64,000 bases of DNA from Deltaproteobacteria bacterium (lineage in GTDB: Bacteria > Desulfobacterota > Dissulfuribacteria > Dissulfuribacterales > DYLC01): assembly GCA_028695735.1 (NCBI GenBank), contig JAQVIJ010000003.1, forward strand, positions 306,246 through 370,245, written 5' to 3'. The first letter of the stretch is position 1; each line of letters begins with the position of its first letter. The notes under the pieces are model-generated. The model did no database searches and was not told the origin of the DNA. It saw only the letters and a list, made by a program, of their open reading frames with translations. This document shows, one piece after another, positions 9,547-18,669 of this stretch. Made by a program: the position numbers and the translations under genes.

Positions 9547-10935
9547 TTGAATCGCTGCATGAATACCCTTAAACCCTCATTTCTCGATGCCTTGAAGCAG
9601 GCCGTAGGCCCTGAAAACCTCTTTACAGAACCAGCCTCCATCTCCTGTTATTCCTATGATGCCAGTGGAATAACCTCGTATCCCGCCTGTGTCCTGATGC
9701 CGGTCAACACAGAGCAGGTCTCTCGCTCCCTCAAACTTGCCCATGAGGAAGGGGTGCCTGTGTTCTCGAGAGGGGCGGGAAGCGGCCGCACAGGCGCCAG
9801 TGTCCCTCAAAACGGCATCGCCCTGGTGCTTACGCGCATGAACCGCATCCTTGACATCTCTCACGAAGACCTGCTGGCAGAGGTGGAGCCTGGAGTGGTG
9901 ACCGGTGAGTTTCAAAGGCAGGTGGAGAGACAAGGGCTTTTTTATCCACCTGACCCTGCCAGCCTGGCCTTTTGCACTTTGGGAGGCAATGTGGCCACCT
10001 GCGCAGGCGGTCCCAGGGCCGTAAAATACGGAGTGACACGGGATTATGTCATGGGAATGGAGGTGGTCTTGGCCGATGGAGAGGTCATGGAGGTGGGGGT
10101 GCGCACTGCCAAAGGCGTGGTGGGCTATGACCTTGCCAGGCTTTTGGTGGGTTCTGAGGGGACTTTGGCCGTGTTCTCCAGGCTTTTTCTGCGATTGATT
10201 CCCAAACCTCAGGCCATAGGCACCCTGCTTGCCTTTTTCCCCAGTGCTGTCTGTGCCATGAATGCCATAGCCTCCATATTTGCCTCGGGTATTCTGCCTC
10301 GCACCGCTGAGTTTCTGGATGCCATGTGCCTTAAGTGTATCGCACAAGAGATGCCTCATGCAGTGCCTGAGGAGGCCCATGCCATGCTGCTTTTGGAGGT
10401 GGACGGCACGCCTGCGGCGGTCTCATACGAGCTGGAGGCGGTTTTGAATTGCTGTAGGTCAAACGCCGCTTTACTTTATAGAATAGCTGAAGACTCGCAG
10501 GATGTGGAAAGGCTCTGGGCCCTGCGAAGGGGCATATCGCCTGCCATAAGGCGGCTGAATTATCGCAGCCGCATCAGCGAAGACATCTGCGTGCCCAGGC
10601 ACAGCCTGCCAGAGGCCATTACACGCCTAAATGCCTTGCAAAACAGGTATGGAGGGGTACAGATTCTGACCTTCGGCCACGCCGGAGACGGCAATCTGCA
10701 TGTCAACTGCCTGTTTCAGGAGGGGCCTGAGAGCCCATTGATTTCAAAGGTGATGGCAGAGGTATTTGAAATAGCACTGAATTTAGGCGGAACCCTCTCT
10801 GGAGAACACGGCATAGGCCTGACCAAGAGGCCCTTTGTGAAAAGGGAATTGGGGGACAGGGCCGTGACACTTATGAAGGCCATAAAAGGGGTGTGGGATG
10901 AAAAGGGGATTCTCAATCCAGGAAAGGTATTTTAA
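9547..10935 (+). CDS. FAD-linked oxidase, GlcD-like
   Basis: 462 aa. FAD_binding_4-like VFSRGAGSGRTGASVP and C-terminal SGEHGIGLTK. Confidence 0.8.
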   Translation: MNRCMNTLKPSFLDALKQAVGPENLFTEPASISCYSYDASGITSYPACVLMPVNTEQVSRSLKLAHEEGVPVFSRGAGSGRTGASVPQNGIALVLTRMNRILDISHEDLLAEVEPGVVTGEFQRQVERQGLFYPPDPASLAFCTLGGNVATCAGGPRAVKYGVTRDYVMGMEVVLADGEVMEVGVRTAKGVVGYDLARLLVGSEGTLAVFSRLFLRLIPKPQAIGTLLAFFPSAVCAMNAIASIFASGILPRTAEFLDAMCLKCIAQEMPHAVPEEAHAMLLLEVDGTPAAVSYELEAVLNCCRSNAALLYRIAEDSQDVERLWALRRGISPAIRRLNYRSRISEDICVPRHSLPEAITRLNALQNRYGGVQILTFGHAGDGNLHVNCLFQEGPESPLISKVMAEVFEIALNLGGTLSGEHGIGLTKRPFVKRELGDRAVTLMKAIKGVWDEKGILNPGKVF

Positions 10936-10969
10936 GCCTCGAAAAATGCCTTGTTTCTCACAACTTTTT

Positions 10970-11082
10970 GAGCGAGGTCAGCCGATATTTGTTTCATGCC
11001 ACACATAATCGCCCTCCATGGCGATGATGTGTGGCCGGCGCCCTCGTGGCGCCTATTCCACAAACACCGGCTGCCCTCGCCC
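10970..11082 (+). repeat. 113-bp foldback (palindromic) element, copy A
   Basis: Homologous to 56159..56274 and, inverted, to 56560..56673. It has a long outer stem, inner hairpin CCACACATAATCGCC/GGCGATGATGTGTGG, and the constant segment CCGGCGCCCTCGTGGCGCC. ORF 10932..11186 is just its translation. Confidence 0.8.
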
Positions 11083-11426
11083 TTCGGGAACTCCACGCCC
11101 AGCCTCAGAAGACGCCTGAAAAACCCCAAGCCCTTTGAGCTGTGGTGAACAGAGGGAATAAAAGCCAATTCTACGATTCTTATCAACAGAAGCGGCGATC
11201 ATTCATCACAGCAGTTTAATTCTCTATCAGGGGGGTTATAAGAAAAGAGAGATAGGGAACTCATTATGAACACGGGGTTCCGTAGAAACAAAAAAGGCGG
11301 CAGTGGAGGAAGACATTTTACGAAATAAGGCAATCAGTGTAGAAATTAGACGATTTTGAATATATTTTCAGTTGCAATGCTAATTTTTCAAAGAATCTTT
11401 GAATGACACGGTTTTGAGGTGCTGAT

Positions 11427-12668
11427 ATGAATGTTTCAGGCATAGTTGCAGCAGGTGGAAGCGGTGTGCGTTTTGGCTCGCCCATTCCCAAGCAATTTTT
11501 GTTGCTCGCTGGTAAAAGCGTGCTTCATCACAGCGTAAGCGCCATGCTTGCGGCTGATTCCATTCAAGAGGTGGTGGTGGCAGTGCCAGCGGCATATATG
11601 GAGCAGGCCAGCCTGGCCCTAAAGGACCTCATGAGTGTCAAGCCCATACGGCTGGTGGAGGGCGGCACCTCCCGTCAGGAATCCGTCAAAAACGCCCTGT
11701 TGGCCACTGACTCTGCATTTCTCTGGGTGGCGGTGCACGACGCAGCAAGGCCCCTTGTGCGGCCTGAGGCCATAGAGGAGGTCTGCCTGCTGGCCCAGGA
11801 GGTGGGGGCAGCCCTTCTGGCCTGCCCTGTGCAAGATACGGTGAAGCAGGTGGACGAGAATGGGTTTGTATTGCGCACCTTGCCTCGCCAACAGCTCTTT
11901 TTGGCCCAGACCCCTCAGGTCTGCAAAAAGGCGGACCTGCTAAAGGCCTATGAGGAGGCCGAGTCCCAGGGCATCTCTGCCACGGACGAAGCAGGCCTTT
12001 TGGAGCTGGTGAACATACCCGTGGCCGTACTGGTCTCCCAGTGGAGCAATTTCAAGATCACAGAGCCTCCTGACCTGGAACTGGCCGAACTCGTTTTGAG
12101 GGCACAAGAAAGACGGCCTGAACGCCCAAGACAGGCAGGCCAGCCTGCATTTCAACCCAATGCCTCTTCTCAAGCGCTCAACATAAGGGTGGGTATGGGC
12201 TATGATGCCCACAGGCTGGTGCCCAATAGACGGCTCATGCTTGGCGGGGTGCAGATTCCCTATGAATTGGGGCTGGAAGGCCATTCCGACGCAGATGTCC
12301 TGTTACATGCCCTGTGTGACGCCATTTTGGGCGCCATGGCTAAAAGGGATATAGGCGCCCATTTTCCAGACTCGAATATGCGCTACAAAGACATCTCGAG
12401 CCTTTTGCTGCTAAAAGAGGTCATGGAATTGGCCCATGACCAGGGTTTCAGCCTTCTAAATGCAGATATCACCCTGGTGGCCCAGGCCCCCAAGCTCTCT
12501 TCCTATTTTGAGGCCATGCAGGCTCAAATAGCCCAGGTCTGCGGGGTTTCAGCCGAGGCCATCAATATCAAGGCCACCACCACCGAGGGCATGGGGTTTA
12601 CCGGCAGGGGTGAGGGCATGGCCTGCTATGCCACGGTGCTCTTGCAAAAAGGCCATTGGGCGCCCTGA
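11427..12668 (+). CDS. ispDF: bifunctional IspD/IspF (MEP cytidylyltransferase / MEcPP synthase)
   Basis: 413 aa. IspD motif AAGGSGVRFG; IspF motifs YDAHRL and HSDADVLLHALCDAILGA. Confidence 0.9.
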   Translation: MNVSGIVAAGGSGVRFGSPIPKQFLLLAGKSVLHHSVSAMLAADSIQEVVVAVPAAYMEQASLALKDLMSVKPIRLVEGGTSRQESVKNALLATDSAFLWVAVHDAARPLVRPEAIEEVCLLAQEVGAALLACPVQDTVKQVDENGFVLRTLPRQQLFLAQTPQVCKKADLLKAYEEAESQGISATDEAGLLELVNIPVAVLVSQWSNFKITEPPDLELAELVLRAQERRPERPRQAGQPAFQPNASSQALNIRVGMGYDAHRLVPNRRLMLGGVQIPYELGLEGHSDADVLLHALCDAILGAMAKRDIGAHFPDSNMRYKDISSLLLLKEVMELAHDQGFSLLNADITLVAQAPKLSSYFEAMQAQIAQVCGVSAEAINIKATTTEGMGFTGRGEGMACYATVLLQKGHWAP

Positions 12669-12680
12669 GATAGCCTTTTT

Positions 12681-13403
12681 ATGGGATATCTCAAAAAACG
12701 AGTCAATCATTTGGTGGGAGAGGCCATTCACCGATACGGCCTGCTGCAAAACGGCGACCGCATTCTGGTGGCGGTCTCAGGCGGTTCTGACAGCCTGTTG
12801 TTGTTGTGGTTTTTGAACCACTGGCTGAAAAAGGCGCCCATTAACTACTCTCTTCTGCCAGTGTATCTGGACATGGGCTTTCATGCCCAGGCTCAAGGCC
12901 TGCTTCCTGACTTCTTTCGAAAAATGGGGCTTTCCTTTCACATGGAGGCCACGGATTACGCTGTCCTGGCGCATTCCTCGATAAATCGGGGTAAAAGCCC
13001 GTGTTTTCTCTGTGCCATGTGGCGCAGAAAGAGGCTCTTTCAATTGACTGCGGCCCTGGGCTGTAATAAACTGGCCCTGGGACACAATCAGGACGACCTC
13101 ATTGAGACATTCTTTTTAAACCTCTGCTACGCAGGTGAGATGAGCACAATGGTACCAAGGCAGGAGATGTTCAAGGGAAGGCTCACCATCATTCGGCCCC
13201 TGGCCCTGGTGGCCAAGGAGCGAATAGACCGCATGGCCCAGGAGCTTGGGCTTCCGGTCTCCTCGAACCCCTGCCCATCTGCCGGCAAGACTCGCCGTGA
13301 GGCCATAAAATCCATGCTTGCAACCCTTTACCGTACGGATCGCCGCATTCGGGACAATATCTTTCGAGGGCTGTCCAATGTGAGAAGGGAATATCTGTTA
13401 TGA
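12681..13403 (+). CDS. PP-loop ATPase, TtcA-like tRNA thiolation enzyme
   Basis: 240 aa. PP-loop VAVSGGSDSLLL, Cys motifs CFLC and PCPS. The stop overlaps the next start (ATGA). Confidence 0.75.
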   Translation: MGYLKKRVNHLVGEAIHRYGLLQNGDRILVAVSGGSDSLLLLWFLNHWLKKAPINYSLLPVYLDMGFHAQAQGLLPDFFRKMGLSFHMEATDYAVLAHSSINRGKSPCFLCAMWRRKRLFQLTAALGCNKLALGHNQDDLIETFFLNLCYAGEMSTMVPRQEMFKGRLTIIRPLALVAKERIDRMAQELGLPVSSNPCPSAGKTRREAIKSMLATLYRTDRRIRDNIFRGLSNVRREYLL

Positions 13404-15814
13404 AGGTTAAAGCGGCATTATCTCGGCTATATGGGGCTATTCTTTCAACCCTAACAATGTTTTTGGCTGTGGTCTTTCTGTGGCCTTCGCAGGTGCAGGG
13501 CCAGCGCACCTCCATTACAGTAGTCTTGGACGACAACTATCCCCCTTATGTCTTTAGAAATGAGCAGGGTAAATTGGTGGGTAAACTTGTGGATGAGTGG
13601 AGGCTTTGGCAGGAAAAGACCGGCATAAGGGTCATTCTGACAGGTATGGACTGGGCGGATTGTCTGCATGCCATGGCGTCAGGCAAGGCGGATGTGATAG
13701 ATACAGCCTTTCGCACTTCGGCCAGAGAGGAGGTTATGGATTTTCTGCCGCCCCATGCCGCCATACCCGTGGCCATCTATACCCATAAGGACATCACAGG
13801 CATTGCGGATCTGAGCAGCCTTCGAGGGTTTGTGGTGGGCGTCAAGGCAGGCGATGCCTGTGTGGACTGGCTCAATGACCATGGCATTCGTGACCTGCGT
13901 CCCTACTCCAGTTATCAGGCCATTCTAAATGAGGCCGTAAGAAAGAACATTCAGGTCTTTTGTATGGACGAACCGCCGGCCAATTTCCTGATTCATCGCC
14001 AAAAGGCCGAAAATGACCTGCGATACGCATTTCATCTCTACAACGGCGAGTTTCACAGGGCCGTCAAAAAGGGGGATAAAGAGCTGCTGGAGCTGGTGCA
14101 AAAAGGCTTTTCCAGCATTACTTCACAGGAATATGAGCGAATTCACAACAAATGGATGGGGAAACCCCTTACACGACCATTGGATACCAGGCTAATCCTG
14201 CTGATGTGGTTGGGGGCCGGCCTGGTGGTCATTCTGACCTTGACCGTGGTCATTTTGCGTTACCTGGTCATTCGGCGCACACAGCAGCTCACAGCCGTCA
14301 AAAATCACCTGGAGGCCACTTTAAATGCCATTCCTGACCTGCTCTTCGAGGTGGATATCTCAGGCCGTTTTTATGACTTTCACTCCTCCAACCCTCAGCT
14401 CTTGTTTTTGCCCAAGGAGGCCTTTCTGGGCAAGACCCTTGTGGATTGCCTTCCGCCTGAGGTGGCTGAGGCCGGCATGAAGGGCCTGCAGCAGGCATTG
14501 AGAGAGGGTAGGGCCACTGGAGAATACGCCCTTTCCATCAATGGTGAGCTCAAATGGTTTGAATTTACTGTGGTCCCCAAACAGATGCCTTTCAACGAGC
14601 AGCAGCATTTCATTTTCCTTTCCCGGGATGTCACAGCGCAGAAAGAGGCTGCATTAAAGGCACTCGAGGCCCAGAGGCAATCGCTTCAATCCCAGAAATT
14701 AGAGGCAGTAGGCAGGCTGGCAGGTGGTATCGCCCATGACCTCAACAACTTCCTGATGCCTGTGCTGGGCTATGCAGAGATGGGCATGCACGCCTTAAAC
14801 CCGTCCGACAAGCTGTATGGCTATTTTCAAGAGACCAAAAGGGCTGCTGAACGGGCTGCCCTGGTGGTGAAACAGGTCTTGACCTTTAGCAAAAAGGCAG
14901 AGGCCGTTTCAGAGAGAGTGCAATTAAATAGCGTGATAGAGGAGCTGAAAAACGGCCTCTTTCAACTCTTGGGCGAAGATATTCAACTACAACTAAATCT
15001 GGCGCCAGACCTCTTTTCAGTGTTTGTAAATAAAAATCAGATGGAGCAGGTGCTGATGAACCTGGTCTTAAATGCCAGGGATGCCATGCCTCAGGGTGGC
15101 GTCATCAACATCGAGACCAGCAATCAAGAGACTCATACTCCAGATGGAGTGGTTAAGCAGGTGGTCTTAAGGGTTAAAGACACTGGTTGCGGCATGAGTA
15201 AGGCGGTGCAGGAGAGGATATTCGACCCATTTTTCACCACAAAGGGCCCTGAACACGGAACCGGCCTCGGACTCTCCAATGTCTATGGCATCGTCAAACA
15301 GTATGGCGGCGAGATAGCCGTAGAAAGTGAAGTGGGCAAGGGAACCACCTTTATCATCACACTGCCTGCCATGGTGGAGGAGGAAAATGCCCTGAAAACA
15401 GCCGAAGCACTTCAGCAGGCTTCAGAGCCCTTAACGGCTCAAGGCCTGGAGGTCGTAGTAGTGGACGATGATGAGCATATAGTCAGCCTGGTCTCCATGG
15501 TGCTGCAGGCAGATGGGCATCGAGTTAGAGGCTTCAGTGACCCGGCGGAGTGTCTTCGTTTAATAGAGGATGAACGCCCCTCCATTGACATTCTGATCAC
15601 GGATGTTGCCATGCCAGGGATAAGCGGCCCGGAGCTAAGGGAGAGGCTGAAGTCCATCTATTCGGGCCTCAAGACCCTGTTTATCTCAGGCTACGGGCTT
15701 CCTGAGGAGGAGATGACGGTTTTGCAGGGCCAGGATGCAGCCATGCTTCAAAAGCCTTTTGGCATTCTGCAGCTGACTCATGCCATAGCGGAGCTTCAAA
15801 AGAAATCACAATAG
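13400..15814 (+). CDS. hybrid sensor histidine kinase (periplasmic SBP-like domain, TM, PAS, HisKA, HATPase, REC)
   Basis: 804 aa. H-box GGIAHDLNNFLMPVLGYAEM, N-box NLVLNARDAM, GTGLGLS, and receiver VVVVDDDEHI..ILITDVAMPGISG. Confidence 0.9.
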   Translation: MKVKAALSRLYGAILSTLTMFLAVVFLWPSQVQGQRTSITVVLDDNYPPYVFRNEQGKLVGKLVDEWRLWQEKTGIRVILTGMDWADCLHAMASGKADVIDTAFRTSAREEVMDFLPPHAAIPVAIYTHKDITGIADLSSLRGFVVGVKAGDACVDWLNDHGIRDLRPYSSYQAILNEAVRKNIQVFCMDEPPANFLIHRQKAENDLRYAFHLYNGEFHRAVKKGDKELLELVQKGFSSITSQEYERIHNKWMGKPLTRPLDTRLILLMWLGAGLVVILTLTVVILRYLVIRRTQQLTAVKNHLEATLNAIPDLLFEVDISGRFYDFHSSNPQLLFLPKEAFLGKTLVDCLPPEVAEAGMKGLQQALREGRATGEYALSINGELKWFEFTVVPKQMPFNEQQHFIFLSRDVTAQKEAALKALEAQRQSLQSQKLEAVGRLAGGIAHDLNNFLMPVLGYAEMGMHALNPSDKLYGYFQETKRAAERAALVVKQVLTFSKKAEAVSERVQLNSVIEELKNGLFQLLGEDIQLQLNLAPDLFSVFVNKNQMEQVLMNLVLNARDAMPQGGVINIETSNQETHTPDGVVKQVVLRVKDTGCGMSKAVQERIFDPFFTTKGPEHGTGLGLSNVYGIVKQYGGEIAVESEVGKGTTFIITLPAMVEEENALKTAEALQQASEPLTAQGLEVVVVDDDEHIVSLVSMVLQADGHRVRGFSDPAECLRLIEDERPSIDILITDVAMPGISGPELRERLKSIYSGLKTLFISGYGLPEEEMTVLQGQDAAMLQKPFGILQLTHAIAELQKKSQ

Positions 15815-15925
15815 GCAATGACAATGTAGGGGCAACCCCCTGTGGTTGCCCCGAATATGGGCGGTCATTGCTACCTGGGCGGCCACAGGGGGCCGCCCCT
15901 ACCGGCCACAGGGGGCCGGCCCACT
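15814..15925 (+). repeat. REP cluster (GTAG-type hairpins) between convergent genes
   Basis: GTAGGGGCAACCCCCTGTGGTTGCCCC at 15826..15852, GGGCGGCCACAGGGGGCCGCCCCTAC at 15877..15902, and a partial third hairpin. Flanked by CAATGAC/GTCATTG. Nearly identical to 25153..25241. Confidence 0.85.
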
Positions 15926-15970
15926 GGTCTGTGCGCACCCCTCTCTCTCATTGCGATGGAATATGCCGGC

Positions 15971-18475
15971 TCACTCGCCCCAGATGCGAGTCTGGTTTCT
16001 GCCGGCATTTTTGGCCTGATAGAGGGCATCATCAGCACATTTGAGCAGTCCTGTGAGGTCGTGAATTTCGCCTGTAAGGCCGGCTACGCCCAATGAGATG
16101 GTAAATGGAATGCGGGCCTCGCCGCACACCACGCAGGCCTCTTCCATGGCCTTTCGCAGCCTTTCGGCCAGGATATAGGCATTTTGAGGCGAAACATGGC
16201 AGATGACAGCAAATTCCTCTCCGCCTAATCTGCCTGCAAAATCGGTCTCGCGCAGGGTTTGCCTGACTCGCTTGGCCAGCTCCCTTAAGACCTCATCGCC
16301 TATTGCATGGCCGAAGGAGTCGTTTATTTGCTTAAAGTGGTCTATATCGAACATGATGAGTGAAAGGGGTGTCTTATAGCGCAGGCTGGTCTGAGCCTCC
16401 TTTTCAGCCAGTTCGAGAAAATGCCTGCGATTGAACAGCCCTGTCAGCCCATCGGTGGTGGCCAGTTGCACGAGCTGCCTTTCAAACCTGAATTTATACA
16501 GGGCGTTGGTGATGATATCCGTGGCAAAGACCATGCGGCTTATGAAATCCTCTGTGAATTTCTGTGGAGTCATGTATTCAAAGGCATAGCAACCCGTTGT
16601 GATGGCGTTGTCAATGACCGGAATGAGCACCAATGCACTTATTTGCCCCTTTATCATGGCATCCCGCTCACAGTAGGCGCTTGCAGGCAACTGGTCTATG
16701 CTGGAGATATAGACGGCCTGCTGCCGAAAGAGCCGGTCTATGAACCAGCTACATCTTTTGACTGCCTCCAAACAGGAGACGCCGGCCTCATTTAAGCCAT
16801 TCCTGTGCCAGCTATAACTGGCGGTCAGAAACTCGTAGTCCTCAGAAAAGTGACAGAGGTAACAGCGGTCGGCCTGGAAAAACTGGGCTATCTGGCCGAT
16901 GGAGTAATGAATGGTCTCATCCATGCGCTTATGGTCTGTTGTGAGAAACAAGGTGGTGATATCCATGAGCATGGAATAGAAATTGGATGAGGCAAGAAGC
17001 TCACGCTTGTCTGCAACCTGTTCAGAGATATCCCTGAAGATTATGACATGATGCGGGGCATTCTGTCCTGTTGCAAAAAATGACTTGCAAGAGAGGTGGG
17101 CATCAATGGACCTGCCATCTTTTGTTTTCAATTCCGTCTCGCCGCTGTAACTGCCTGTCTGTGTGATTGCCTTATAAACCTGGCAGTCTTCTTGTGAAAT
17201 GGGATTGTCTCCGTGATAGTGCAAGAGATAATGGGGGTTTTGCCCTATGAGTTCCTCTCTGGAGTATTTGAGAATGAGGCAGGCGGCCTCATTTGCATCC
17301 TTTATATTCCAGTTTGAATCTACTATCAAAAGTCCATCCGGAATACTTGCAAACATGCTGGAGAGAAAACTGGAGATATCATTTTGTTTCCGCTGGAAAA
17401 CTACTAATAGATATGTCATGCTGCAAAGCAGTATGGTGATGCCTGACAGGTATAGAAGCATGGTTTTATAATGCGTGTGAAGCGCCATATATTCCATGTC
17501 TTTTGGTATGAATACCACGGTATAGGCCTGTAAATCATCTTGTATGCCTGTAATGGGCAGAAAGATGAGAGAGGAGAAGGCATTTGTAAAAGGGAGCTGA
17601 ATTGCAAATGGTTTGGATGAGGCGAGATTGTGTTGGAATTCCTCTATTCCTTTAGTCAGGGCGGCCCCATCTAATAGGTCTTTTAGGTAGATTTCCTGTC
17701 CATTTATGAAAACCTTCTGCTCTATGGGCATGAGCCATTGGGAAAGATGCTGAGATTCTTTATACCCTTTGAGTCCTTCTGAAAGGTGTTGAGCCATCAA
17801 ATGGTCTTTTTTGAAGAGTATGGCATAATCCGTATATCCCAGAATCTTATTGCTGTCTTCTTTTAGTTTAGCCAATATGGCATCATATGAGTAAACAAAT
17901 TCTGCTATGCCTATCTGCTTGTCCTCTAAAAGGATGGGAAAGATGTGATGAAGTGTTATGCCCTCGTTAGAGGTGTTGAAGCAGGTGAGGGGTTTTCTTT
18001 CCATGCTGGCCTGAAGGATTTCAGGCCGTTGTTCCGCAGGAGGGAGTAAAAAAACCGTCTTCTCAATGGCCAAAAGCGGCGTGAGTTGTGTGTCATGGAG
18101 ATACAGGCCATTTAAGCCCATGGGCTTGAGAAGGGCATGGGCAGGCCCCACTATATCCTCCAGGTTCTGCTGCAGCCCCTGTCTCAATGTCCATGGAGAT
18201 GAGGCAATTGCCTGCAAGACTTGAATGACCTCGGGTTGCAATACAAAAAGACGAAAGTGGATTTCACTGTCCTTGTACAGACTGGCCACCATGCTGTCAT
18301 GCAGACCCTTTTGAAGGGTGATATGTGCGGCTTCGTGTATTGCGACTCGATGCTCCAGCTCGTTTTTGAGATAGGTATAGCCCAAAAGAAAGATAGCCAG
18401 GCCTAATACTACAGCAAATAGAAGAGGGGATTTTTTAAGGATATCACTCAAGGATCTAATTTTTTTGTGTGTCAT
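15971..18475 (-). CDS. diguanylate cyclase with periplasmic sensor, PAS and GAF domains
   Basis: 834 aa. N-terminal TM plus a large extracytoplasmic region, a second TM, PAS, GAF-like, and GGDEF domain (RLGGEEFAVI). Confidence 0.9.
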   Translation of the reverse strand: MTHKKIRSLSDILKKSPLLFAVVLGLAIFLLGYTYLKNELEHRVAIHEAAHITLQKGLHDSMVASLYKDSEIHFRLFVLQPEVIQVLQAIASSPWTLRQGLQQNLEDIVGPAHALLKPMGLNGLYLHDTQLTPLLAIEKTVFLLPPAEQRPEILQASMERKPLTCFNTSNEGITLHHIFPILLEDKQIGIAEFVYSYDAILAKLKEDSNKILGYTDYAILFKKDHLMAQHLSEGLKGYKESQHLSQWLMPIEQKVFINGQEIYLKDLLDGAALTKGIEEFQHNLASSKPFAIQLPFTNAFSSLIFLPITGIQDDLQAYTVVFIPKDMEYMALHTHYKTMLLYLSGITILLCSMTYLLVVFQRKQNDISSFLSSMFASIPDGLLIVDSNWNIKDANEAACLILKYSREELIGQNPHYLLHYHGDNPISQEDCQVYKAITQTGSYSGETELKTKDGRSIDAHLSCKSFFATGQNAPHHVIIFRDISEQVADKRELLASSNFYSMLMDITTLFLTTDHKRMDETIHYSIGQIAQFFQADRCYLCHFSEDYEFLTASYSWHRNGLNEAGVSCLEAVKRCSWFIDRLFRQQAVYISSIDQLPASAYCERDAMIKGQISALVLIPVIDNAITTGCYAFEYMTPQKFTEDFISRMVFATDIITNALYKFRFERQLVQLATTDGLTGLFNRRHFLELAEKEAQTSLRYKTPLSLIMFDIDHFKQINDSFGHAIGDEVLRELAKRVRQTLRETDFAGRLGGEEFAVICHVSPQNAYILAERLRKAMEEACVVCGEARIPFTISLGVAGLTGEIHDLTGLLKCADDALYQAKNAGRNQTRIWGE

Positions 18476-18669
18476 GATGCAATTAATTTTAAATCAGCAG
18501 ATAGTTATTATTTAGAAAAAACAGGGTTGCAATTATTACAAAGAAATTCAAAAAGTCAATGGGAAAGAGTGAATCTGATGCAGGATGTGTGAGTACAAAT
18601 CATCTGGACAAGTTTTGATGTTTATGCTTAAAATCACAATGGCAGACTACCTTCACCACATCTTAACAT

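Noticed and set aside
10932-11186. ORFs 10932..11186, 56547..56876, 56421..56654, 24398..24784, 24595..24975 (upstream part), 15681..15938 and 25825..26112 as real small proteins
   Set aside because: Their sequences (for example GEGSRCLWNRRHEGAG, GANPRVRPQWGRHRGLP) are simply translations of foldback elements or REPs read through. The shared peptide similarity reflects DNA repeats, not protein families.
11266-11325. 19-codon basic mini-ORF (MNTGFRRNKKGGSGGRHFTK) in the ispDF upstream region
   Set aside because: It has only a weak RBS, is too short to evaluate, and has no supporting conservation available.
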